Source of the DNA: an uncultured archaeon
GTDB lineage: Archaea > Iainarchaeota > Iainarchaeia > Iainarchaeales > JAAZKV01
Direction of reading: 5' to 3'
DNA length: 32,000 bases
NCBI GenBank assembly: GCA_964551375.1
Contig: CAZKBG010000001.1
Span: forward strand, 660,001 to 692,000
Shown here: positions 24,303 to 31,850 of the stretch, in pieces
Layout: each line of letters opens with the position of its first letter
Position numbering within the stretch: position 1 is the stretch's first letter
Position numbers and translations under genes: made by a program
Notes under the pieces: generated by a model
The model's database searches: none
What the model was told of the DNA's origin: nothing
The model's input: the letters and a program-made list of their open reading frames with translations, nothing else

Positions 24303-25787
24303 ATGCAAAACATAAAAAAAGCTCAAGGCTCGCTTGAAAACTTATTAATCATAAGCGCGGCAATCATAGTTGTAGCAGTTGTAATAATTGCAGTTTATGG
24401 AATAATGACGCAGGGAAATGAAAGCGTAATAAGCGGAGAAGATATTAAGACAGGAACTACTGGAACGCTAAGAGAAATGCAGGGAGTTGAAATACAAACA
24501 GTGGATGTTCCTGCAGACAGCCAGGTTACAATTACAGTAAAGCCAAGCGCGACTGATGATAAACTAAAAAACATGTTCAAAGGAGCTCCAAACGGAACAG
24601 GCTTCACAGTAAACAACGGACCAAACAGCGGAAGCACATGCCAAAGAACAGCAACAGGATGGGTTGACGCCAACGGAAACGGATGCAACACACCAATAAC
24701 AAGCGGAACTAATGTAACAATTTCAACAAGCGGAGGAAGCTCATATCATGAAGAAATAAGAGGAGTAGGAACAGGAGGAACAACAACAGGAACATTCTCG
24801 CAAGCAATTAGCCCAGGAACTCCAACTACTATTACAGCACCATTTAATTCAAACGCATATTTTACAGATGTATTTTCTGCAATGCCGATTGGAACAATAA
24901 TCACTGTGGGAACATCAAGACTGACAAGAACAGCAACAGGATGGGTTTTGACTTTACAGGACGGAACAATAATAACTGATCCTTACCAAATCAATCAATT
25001 AATCCCTGTTACAAGCGGAACTGTATTCATAATTACTTCACCTACTCAAACAACAATTACTTTAACAGAAGGAACTCCTCCAGCGCCAGTAACTGACTCA
25101 ATCGCACTTGCAGCAGGAGAAACAATTGCGCTGAAAATAAACGCAAACCTTGACAATAATACATTAAACGGATTATTTCCATCAATGGCAGCAAATTCAA
25201 CAGTAAGAAAAGTTGGAACAAACAGCACGTTCACTTACAACGGAACTGCTTGGAGCTCAAGCGGAGGAACAACACCCGCACAATTTAGCGCAAACCTAAA
25301 TGACACTTTAATAATAAAAAGCACTGGCGCATTCACAATAAACGCAAGAAGCTTCACTGCGCAGGCACCGCTTGTAACAAAAATAATTGACACAACTGGA
25401 CCGACAATCAACAGCATATATGCATACTGCCGACTAATAGGAAGTGGATACAGCGTCAGCAGAGCTGTTAGATTCACAATAAACGGAACGGATGATCAGC
25501 TTGAGTCAATATACTGCAGACTGGACATAACATACACCCGAACACTAAACCAAGGACCGACAACTGCAACAATTGACGACTACACATACCCACACACTTA
25601 TACTAGAACTGCGGACATGCAAAGAGACCACGTACTACACTCATGGACAAGCAGCTACAGCCCGGTTGTTTACAACGACATAAACTTTACATGCTTTGAC
25701 TCGCTCGGAAACGCAAGCGCAAAAGCAAATTTTAAAAACTTCCGGTGTGAACCAGAAAACATGCTCCCTGGACAGAGACTAAAATAA
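24303..25787 (+). CDS. Class III signal peptide (type IV pilin-like) surface protein, paralog of 21135..24206 (494 aa)
   Basis: The N-terminus is MQNIKKA|QGSLENLLIISAAIIVVAVVIIAVYGI. The first ~270 aa are collinear with the larger paralog, and the C-terminal DTTGPT...C...C.D.LGN...C.P module is shared. Confidence 0.8.
   Translation: MQNIKKAQGSLENLLIISAAIIVVAVVIIAVYGIMTQGNESVISGEDIKTGTTGTLREMQGVEIQTVDVPADSQVTITVKPSATDDKLKNMFKGAPNGTGFTVNNGPNSGSTCQRTATGWVDANGNGCNTPITSGTNVTISTSGGSSYHEEIRGVGTGGTTTGTFSQAISPGTPTTITAPFNSNAYFTDVFSAMPIGTIITVGTSRLTRTATGWVLTLQDGTIITDPYQINQLIPVTSGTVFIITSPTQTTITLTEGTPPAPVTDSIALAAGETIALKINANLDNNTLNGLFPSMAANSTVRKVGTNSTFTYNGTAWSSSGGTTPAQFSANLNDTLIIKSTGAFTINARSFTAQAPLVTKIIDTTGPTINSIYAYCRLIGSGYSVSRAVRFTINGTDDQLESIYCRLDITYTRTLNQGPTTATIDDYTYPHTYTRTADMQRDHVLHSWTSSYSPVVYNDINFTCFDSLGNASAKANFKNFRCEPENMLPGQRLK
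24538..24710. repeat. Copy 2 of the 173-nt block identical to 21364..21536
   Basis: See copy 1. It encodes KPSATDDKLKNMFKGAPNGTGFTVNNGPNSGSTCQRTATGWVDANGNGCNTPITSGT in both proteins. Confidence 0.9.
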
Positions 25788-25836
25788 GGTTTTTAATAAA
25801 CACAAAAAAAAACCTTCTTTAAACTACAAAGCAAAG

Positions 25837-25844
25837 TATAAATA
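25837..25844 (+). promoter_or_regulatory. TATA box of the third pilin-like gene
   Basis: AGTATAAATACT has the same GTATAAATAC core as at 24272. ACTAATTA lies at 25852-25859. The TATA ends 21 nt before ATG 25866 and 27 nt before ATG 25872. Confidence 0.5.
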
Positions 25845-25865
25845 CTTACAAACTAATTAATTTTC

Positions 25866-27164
25866 ATGCTTATGCAAAACAAAGGACAGGGTGTCCAAAG
25901 CGGACAAGCCCCAAATAGGGGACAGGGGGCAATTGAATACTTACTAATCATCGGCGCAGCGATACTTGTAATTGCTATTGTAATAATTGCAATAAGCGGA
26001 GCGCTTGGAACAGGAACTAATCAAAGCGCAGGCGCAAAAGGAAATCAAATGGGGGCGTTTGTAAACTTAAGACAAATGAACCTAACCCCCCAATTTTTCA
26101 GATTGCCTTCAGTGTCCCTTGGACCAGGACAGCAAATAATATTTAATTACACTGACCCAGCAACTGGGCAAACTACACAAACACCAATTACAAATCAAGC
26201 ACAACTAAACCAGGCATTAATGAATGGAGACTTAAACCTATACCTAACCCCGCCAGGGGTTTCAGCCACTCCTGGAATGAGCACAAGTTACATATTATCG
26301 ACTCCTCAAACAAATAAACCAAAAAATCTGCTGAAAATAATTGGTTGCATGAAAAATAGCCCTTATTCACAAACCCCTTCTGGAACAGCTGGATTTCTAA
26401 TCGGAGACGAAGCAGGAAGCAGAATACAAGACCAGGCAATAATGGCTGATTTAAATAACCGCCCAGTAAAACTTATTTCAATTACAGGATACGGCGGAAG
26501 CAATTACTCAAACGCAGTTGACAAGACATACAAATTACGACTTTCCCAACCATTCTACTATTATTCTATGCCAGGCTATTTTGTATACCTCGCAACTTTT
26601 GAAGGACTGACTGATAATTCAGGAAACCCGATAAATCAAACAGCAATAAACAGCATTTGCAATAGCAGCACAGGATATTCAGTAGGAAATGCCAACGTAA
26701 GATCAGAATTCAACGGGTGGTCATTTTACAACTATGATTATGATATTATATATGGAAACAATCCCGGACTTGCAGAAATAGCAATAGCATATAATGGAAC
26801 AAACACAACAATAATCGGGAGAGACAATAAAGGAAATCTGCTCACTGACACAGTAACAGCATATCTGCCATGCACTGAAACACAGTGGCTGCCGATTGCT
26901 GGATATACTGGAAACCAGCAAATATACAAAAGATGCTGCGATTATGCTAACTGCTGTTCAAGGACATCACTAGGAATATTAACAAGCACAAACTGCACAA
27001 TAGATACAGTAACCCACTGTCAGTCATTTACCTGCGAGCCAACAACATGCACTCTTGGAACAAGAAAAGTAACAAGTTACTATGACACAAATATATTCAC
27101 CTGCTTAAACCAACCAACCCAAATAGCAAACATGTATGTTGAAGCAATCATAAGCGCGCCATAA
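25866..27164 (+). CDS. Class III signal peptide (type IV pilin-like) surface protein with a Cys-rich C-terminal region (432 aa, or 430 from ATG 25872)
   Basis: ...NKGQGVQSGQAPNRG|QGAIEYLLIIGAAILVIAIVIIAISGA. The rest is unrelated to the two upstream paralogs. There are 10 Cys in the last ~100 aa. Confidence 0.8.
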   Translation: MLMQNKGQGVQSGQAPNRGQGAIEYLLIIGAAILVIAIVIIAISGALGTGTNQSAGAKGNQMGAFVNLRQMNLTPQFFRLPSVSLGPGQQIIFNYTDPATGQTTQTPITNQAQLNQALMNGDLNLYLTPPGVSATPGMSTSYILSTPQTNKPKNLLKIIGCMKNSPYSQTPSGTAGFLIGDEAGSRIQDQAIMADLNNRPVKLISITGYGGSNYSNAVDKTYKLRLSQPFYYYSMPGYFVYLATFEGLTDNSGNPINQTAINSICNSSTGYSVGNANVRSEFNGWSFYNYDYDIIYGNNPGLAEIAIAYNGTNTTIIGRDNKGNLLTDTVTAYLPCTETQWLPIAGYTGNQQIYKRCCDYANCCSRTSLGILTSTNCTIDTVTHCQSFTCEPTTCTLGTRKVTSYYDTNIFTCLNQPTQIANMYVEAIISAP

Positions 27165-27189
27165 ACAAATTTTAACCCCAAAATCAACC

Positions 27190-27197
27190 TTTATAAA
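27190..27197 (+). promoter_or_regulatory. TATA-like box upstream of the ribosomal protein operon
   Basis: TTTATAAA lies about 97 nt upstream of the eS19 ATG. The ATG itself has GGGTGA at 4-nt spacing, which implies a leader of about 70 nt. Confidence 0.35.
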
Positions 27198-27294
27198 CGT
27201 TACTGGGGGAGTGATACTTATTCTACTGGCTCCTAGAAAGCTTTTCGAAGCGGTTTTTGGTTGAGCAAGTTAACACTGAAAAGTGGGTGATTGA

Positions 27295-27879
27295 ATGGGA
27301 ATACATGACGTTCCGGCAGAGTACTTAATTGAGGAAACTGCGGGAAAACTAATAGGCGAAATACAAAAGCCTGAATGGACAGACTATGTAAAAACAGGAA
27401 TGCACGTTGAACGAGCTCCACAAAGAGAAGACTGGTTCTACATGAGAATGGCAAGCATTCTTTATAGAGCGTTCAAATGGGGAACTATTGGAACAGAAGC
27501 CCTAAGAACATATTACGGCGGAAGAAGAAACCGAGGCGTAAAGAAAGAGCACCATTACAAAGCAAGCGGAAAAGTAATCCGAACATGCGTGCAAGCGCTT
27601 GAAAAAGCAGGCTACTTAGAAAGAGCACAGCCAAGCGGAAGAAAAATTACTACAAAAGGATTCAGATTATTAAACGACACTGCTAAGGTTGCAGAGAAGA
27701 ACTGGAAAGAAGGAAAATACGAACACAAAGAAAAAGCAACAAAAGCATTCGATGAAAAGAAGAAGAAAGAAGTGCAAGACACACTAAGAAGACAGGATCA
27801 CGGCGGGCACAAAGCATCTGCTGAATCAAAAGACAAGAAACAGTCGCAGAAATCTCCAAAGAAAAAGGACGGTGAATAA
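27295..27879 (+). CDS. rps19e: Ribosomal protein eS19 (S19e) with a K-rich C-terminal extension
   Basis: DVPAEYLIEETAGKL...PEWTDYVKTGMHVERAPQREDWFYMRMASILYRAF...GRKITTKGFRLLN. Confidence 0.9.
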   Translation: MGIHDVPAEYLIEETAGKLIGEIQKPEWTDYVKTGMHVERAPQREDWFYMRMASILYRAFKWGTIGTEALRTYYGGRRNRGVKKEHHYKASGKVIRTCVQALEKAGYLERAQPSGRKITTKGFRLLNDTAKVAEKNWKEGKYEHKEKATKAFDEKKKKEVQDTLRRQDHGGHKASAESKDKKQSQKSPKKKDGE

Positions 27880-27881
27880 AT

Positions 27882-28145
27882 ATGGCTAGACACAAAAGCG
27901 AAGAATTCAAAGACTTCATGATAAGTGAAAGAAAGAAAATCGGGTCAGGCCTTACAAACGCACCAGTGTGGCTGATGCAAAAAGCCGGAAAGAGACTCTG
28001 GACGACAAAGCAGAAAAGAACATGGAAAAACATTGACATGAAGGACAAGTACTTCAAGGCAAAGCAGAAGCAGACAAGAAAAAGAAACAAGAGCGGAGAC
28101 CACAAGAAAAACTCAAAGCCCGTTCCTGAAAAGGTGGAGAAGTGA
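27882..28145 (+). CDS. rpl39e: Ribosomal protein eL39 (L39e) with N- and C-terminal extensions
   Basis: The core NAPVWLMQKAGKRLWTTKQKRTWKN aligns with the L39e pattern RVPAWVMLKT....HKRRHWRR. It sits between eS19 and eL31, as in other archaea. Confidence 0.8.
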   Translation: MARHKSEEFKDFMISERKKIGSGLTNAPVWLMQKAGKRLWTTKQKRTWKNIDMKDKYFKAKQKQTRKRNKSGDHKKNSKPVPEKVEK

Positions 28146-28149
28146 TGCA

Positions 28150-28578
28150 ATGGCTAAAGAATTCAAAGAAAAAACAATCACTGTAAATCTGCGCAAAGCA
28201 TTTGAGAAGCCCGACACAAAAAGGGCTATCTGCGCAAAAAACATGCTTATCGTAGCAGTGAAAAAAGAAACCAGACTCAAAGATGTAAGAATCAGCAACA
28301 AAGTAAACGAAGCATTCTGGGCAAGAGGAAGAGGAAACTGCCCAAGAAGAATCACAGTAAAAATCGCTGCTGAAAAAGGAATGGGAATGGTTCTACTGCC
28401 GGACGAAAAGTACGAAGCAAAGAAAGAAAAGAAAGCTGAAGGCAAAAAAGAAACTCCAAAACAGGCTGAAGCGGCTCCTAAAGAAGAAGCTAAAGCAAAA
28501 ACAACAGAAAAAACTGAAAACAAAGCAGAAGCAAAGAAAGAAACAAAGCCAAAAGCTAAGAAAGAAGAGAAGAAATAA
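28150..28578 (+). CDS. rpl31e: Ribosomal protein eL31 (L31e) with a K/E/A-rich C-terminal extension
   Basis: ITVNLRKAFEKPDTKRAICAKNMLIVAVKKETRLKDVRISNKVNEAFWARGRGNCPRRITVKI. Confidence 0.85.
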   Translation: MAKEFKEKTITVNLRKAFEKPDTKRAICAKNMLIVAVKKETRLKDVRISNKVNEAFWARGRGNCPRRITVKIAAEKGMGMVLLPDEKYEAKKEKKAEGKKETPKQAEAAPKEEAKAKTTEKTENKAEAKKETKPKAKKEEKK

Positions 28579-28594
28579 AAAAAATTAAACAGCG

Positions 28595-28636
28595 GCTGGG
28601 GAAATTAGCCCTAAAAAAGGCTAATAAAGCCCCAGC
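28595..28636 (+). other. Nested stem-loop between rpl31e and eif6 (terminator/attenuator or processing element candidate)
   Basis: GCTGGGG-AAA-TTAGCC-CTAAAAAA-GGCTAA-TAAAG-CCCCAGC (7-bp outer and 6-bp inner stems), followed by TCCTTATTTTT. Confidence 0.4.
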
Positions 28637-28660
28637 TCCTTATTTTTACGAAGTGATAAA

Positions 28661-29314
28661 ATGAATATTACAAGAATTAGAGCAATGGGATCAAACTATG
28701 TTGGATTATTTGCTGTATGCAACGACAGCGTGGCGCTTGTTCCATCACAAATAGAAAAAAGAGCAGAAGACGAAATCGCAAAAGTTCTTGATGTTAAAAC
28801 AATAAAAACAACAATCTACGGCAGCTCGCTACTTGCAGTATTCTCAAAGCTAAACAACAAACAATTATACGTTCCAAACTTTATCTCGCAAAGAGAACTT
28901 GAAGCAATTGAAAAAGAAATAAAAGTAAAAATAATTGACACTGAAAACGCGCTTGGAAACCTTGTGGAACTAAACGACACAGGAGCGGTTGTATCCATGC
29001 TCCTGCCAAAAAACGCTGTTGAAGAAATAAGAAAAAGCGGGCTAAAAATTACTCAAATGAATTTGGGAAGAGTGGATGTTGTAGGCTCCGCGCTTGTTGC
29101 TACAAACAGAGGATTTTTAGTAAACCCAAATATTTCGCTTGAAGAAGCACAAAAGATTGAAGCAACGCTTGGAGTAAAAGGCGGCTCATCAACCGCAAAC
29201 ACTGGAGACTCATTTGTAAGAAACTCAGTGCTTGCAAACAAAAAAGGAATAGTTCTTGGAGAAGGAACATCTCCTTACGAAATAAACAAAATAGAAGAAG
29301 CGCTTGAGCAATAA
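28661..29314 (+). CDS. eif6: Translation initiation factor 6 (aIF6/eIF6)
   Basis: MGSNYVGLFAVCNDSVALVP and repeated about-45-aa pseudo-symmetric segments. It has the typical ~220 aa length and the conserved position after L31e. Confidence 0.9.
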   Translation: MNITRIRAMGSNYVGLFAVCNDSVALVPSQIEKRAEDEIAKVLDVKTIKTTIYGSSLLAVFSKLNNKQLYVPNFISQRELEAIEKEIKVKIIDTENALGNLVELNDTGAVVSMLLPKNAVEEIRKSGLKITQMNLGRVDVVGSALVATNRGFLVNPNISLEEAQKIEATLGVKGGSSTANTGDSFVRNSVLANKKGIVLGEGTSPYEINKIEEALEQ

Positions 29315-29426
29315 ACTAACAATAAGCTGTCAAAACACGGCTAAAAGCCGTTAAAACAAGGCGATTTTAGCGCCAATTGGTTAAGTATTTATTTATTCCT
29401 AAGGGAAATATTTGAAGGTGAAAGAA

Positions 29427-29603
29427 ATGAAATATACAGCAACAGGCGAATACACAAAGTCAGGAACAACGGATAAGTTCACAAAAACAGTAGACGCTAA
29501 AGACGAAAAAATGGCAAAAGAAAAAATATACGCTGAACTGGGCAGCAAACAGGGAATTATAAGAAAAAACATCACCATAGGAGAGCTGAAGGTGAAAAAA
29601 TAA
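29427..29603 (+). CDS. rplX: Ribosomal protein LX (L18Ae/eL20 family)
   Basis: MKYTATGEYTKSG..DKFTKTVDAKDEKMAKEKIYAELGSKQGIIRKNITIGELK matches the LX pattern (F.K....e.A.E.vYs.iGSKh...R..I.I.E). ATG has AAGGTGA upstream. The position between eIF6 and prefoldin alpha is conserved. Confidence 0.7.
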   Translation: MKYTATGEYTKSGTTDKFTKTVDAKDEKMAKEKIYAELGSKQGIIRKNITIGELKVKK

Positions 29604-30070
29604 TGGCTGAAGACATGAAAACAACCAAAATGGAATTTAGCGAAGAAGAGCTTATACGAATGGCTCAAAATTATGAAAGAGCGCTTATGCAGAAGCAATC
29701 AATACTTGAAAGAGTAAGCACAATGCTCCTTGAAACAACAACCGCAAAAGAGACGCTTGAAGAGCTAAAAAAATCCAAAGGAAAAGTAGGGATGGCAATA
29801 GGCGCAACAATAATAATTGAAGTAGAACCTACAAACCTTAAAACATGCAAAAGAGGAATAAGCGAAAACGCGTACAAAGAAGAAAGCATTGAAGACACAA
29901 TACTCTGGCTTAAAGGAAAAGAAGACCAGCTGAAGATACAGGTTCAAAATATTCAAAAAGAAGCTGGAATGGCACAGGCAAGACTGCAGGAAGTAGTTGG
30001 AATAATTAAACAAATCGACAAAGAAAAAAGAAAAGCAATGACACAAAGACCTCCTTCAATCTCAAAGTAG
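29603..30070 (+). CDS. pfdA: Prefoldin alpha subunit
   Basis: Two coiled-coil arms flank a central beta-hairpin region (GMAIGATIIIEVEP...KRGISENAYKEE). The start overlaps the LX stop (TAATG). The gene order is conserved. Confidence 0.8.
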   Translation: MAEDMKTTKMEFSEEELIRMAQNYERALMQKQSILERVSTMLLETTTAKETLEELKKSKGKVGMAIGATIIIEVEPTNLKTCKRGISENAYKEESIEDTILWLKGKEDQLKIQVQNIQKEAGMAQARLQEVVGIIKQIDKEKRKAMTQRPPSISK

Positions 30071-30092
30071 AAACTAGCGAAGGGAAGAACGT

Positions 30093-31832
30093 ATGTTTGG
30101 ATTCTTAAAACAAAAAATTGCTGATTTTGGAAACAAACTAAAGGACACTGTTTCAAAAGAAGAAGAAAAACAGAAAAAAGACGCTCCAAAACAAGCTGAA
30201 GAGAAGAAAGAAGAAATTAAACAAAAGGAAAAAGAGAAAATCGAAGAAAAGAAAACTGATTCTTTAGAAAAGAAAGAAACAAGCGCGGCAGAAAAAAAGC
30301 CCCAAGCCAAAACTGAAGCTCAAAAAGAGCACGTTAAAAAAGCCGAGCACAAAAGCGAAGACAAAAAAGAAAAAGAGACTCATAAGAAAGAAAAGAAGAA
30401 AGGATTGCTTGGAATACTATTCGGCGGCAAAAAGAAGGAAAAAGAAGAGAAAAAGAAAAAAACAAAAGAAGAAGCAGTGAGCGAACTTGAAGGACGGATG
30501 TTTAAGGATATTGAAGCGGAACTCAAAGAAGAAGAGAAACAAACCGAACAAAAAGAAACAGCCACCCCATCAGAGATTGATCTTGGACTAACTGAAGAAG
30601 AAATAAGAATTACTAAAAAGACTGATGAAGTTGCAGAAGGACTTGAAGTTGAGAATGAAGAAGAGGAACAAAAAGAAGAACCTGCTGAAGAAAAGACTGC
30701 TGTTAAAGGAAATACTGAAAATTACGAAGAACTGGCCGAAGTTGAGGAAAAGCAAAAATTCACGCACGAAGAAGAAAAAAAAGTAAGACCAAGCATTGAA
30801 CTTGAAGATGGAAGAATACCTTCGGAAAAAGAAGATGAAGAAAAGAATGAAGAGGAGGAGATATTTGAGGACATTGAAGAACAGGAAGAAAGAAAAGAAA
30901 AATCAAGGGATATTAAAATCAAAACGCTTGAAGAAGACAAACGCGAACTTCACGCAAATGTGGGAGTTGGCGGAAAATTAAAAGGATTTATCTTCGGCGG
31001 AATTGAGCTCAGCGAAAAAGATGTAAATGACTTAATCTGGGAACTTGAACTAAGCCTAATTGAAAGCGATGTGGAACAGGACGCCGCAAGCGAAATAGCA
31101 AGCCAGATAAAGAAAAGACTTGTAGGAAAAAAAGTTTCTGCCAAAAATATTGATGACTTTTTAAAAGAACAAATCAAGGAAATACTCGCTGAAATGATGA
31201 AAACTGACAAAATTGATGTTCTTGCCATGGCTAAAAAGCACAAGCCATTCAAAATATTAATACTCGGGCCAAACGGCGCAGGAAAAACAACAAGCATCGC
31301 AAAACTAACTCATTACTTCCAAAAACACAAAATGAGCTGCATACTTGCCGCAGGAGACACATTTAGAGCCGGCGCAATTGACCAAATAGAAGAACACGCA
31401 AAGAAACTCAAAGTAAGATTAATAAAACAACAATACGGAGCAGACCCTGCTGCGGTTGCATTTGACGCCATAAAAGCGGCAGAAGCGGGAAAAATTGATG
31501 TTGTGATAATGGATTCAGCAGGAAGACAGGAAACAAACAAAAATCTGATGGAAGAACTAAGAAAACTTGAAAGAGTTGCAAAGCCTGATTTGAAAATCTA
31601 TGTTGGAGAAGCATATGTGGGGCAGGGACTATTAGAACAGGCTGAAGAATTTAAGGAAATGATTGGAATTGACGGATTTATTTTAACAAAAATCGATACT
31701 GATGCCAAAGGCGGAACAGCAATATCATTAGTATACAAAATGAAAAAGCCAATACTGTTTGTGGGAACAGGACAAGGCTATGATGACTTAGAAGAGTTTA
31801 CTCCTGAATTTATACTTGAGAGAATAATTTAA
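30093..31832 (+). CDS. ftsY: Signal recognition particle receptor FtsY with a long K/E-rich N-terminal region
   Basis: The NG domain has ILILGPNGAGKTTSIAKL, AAGDTFRAGAIDQ, DSAGRQ and LTKIDTDAKGG. It is preceded by about 290 aa of K/E-rich low-complexity sequence. Confidence 0.9.
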   Translation: MFGFLKQKIADFGNKLKDTVSKEEEKQKKDAPKQAEEKKEEIKQKEKEKIEEKKTDSLEKKETSAAEKKPQAKTEAQKEHVKKAEHKSEDKKEKETHKKEKKKGLLGILFGGKKKEKEEKKKKTKEEAVSELEGRMFKDIEAELKEEEKQTEQKETATPSEIDLGLTEEEIRITKKTDEVAEGLEVENEEEEQKEEPAEEKTAVKGNTENYEELAEVEEKQKFTHEEEKKVRPSIELEDGRIPSEKEDEEKNEEEEIFEDIEEQEERKEKSRDIKIKTLEEDKRELHANVGVGGKLKGFIFGGIELSEKDVNDLIWELELSLIESDVEQDAASEIASQIKKRLVGKKVSAKNIDDFLKEQIKEILAEMMKTDKIDVLAMAKKHKPFKILILGPNGAGKTTSIAKLTHYFQKHKMSCILAAGDTFRAGAIDQIEEHAKKLKVRLIKQQYGADPAAVAFDAIKAAEAGKIDVVIMDSAGRQETNKNLMEELRKLERVAKPDLKIYVGEAYVGQGLLEQAEEFKEMIGIDGFILTKIDTDAKGGTAISLVYKMKKPILFVGTGQGYDDLEEFTPEFILERII

Positions 31833-31850
31833 AAAAAACAAATAAAAAAA

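Noticed and set aside
21364-24710. Diversity-generating retroelement (template/variable repeat pair) acting on the pilin-like genes
   Set aside because: The two copies are identical rather than differing at adenines. The flank differences are not A-specific (a->t, t->g, t->c and others). No reverse transcriptase gene lies in the window.
27683-28523. Minus-strand ORFs of 155 and 136 aa overlapping the eS19/eL39/eL31 genes
   Set aside because: They are antisense shadows of AAG/GAA-rich coding sequence, where CTT/TTC codons keep the reverse frame open. Their translations are F/L/S-rich nonsense, and the sense genes are unambiguous ribosomal proteins.
30074-31297. Several S/F-rich minus-strand ORFs inside ftsY
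   Set aside because: The same antisense low-complexity effect, arising from the K/E-rich FtsY N-terminal region and NG domain.
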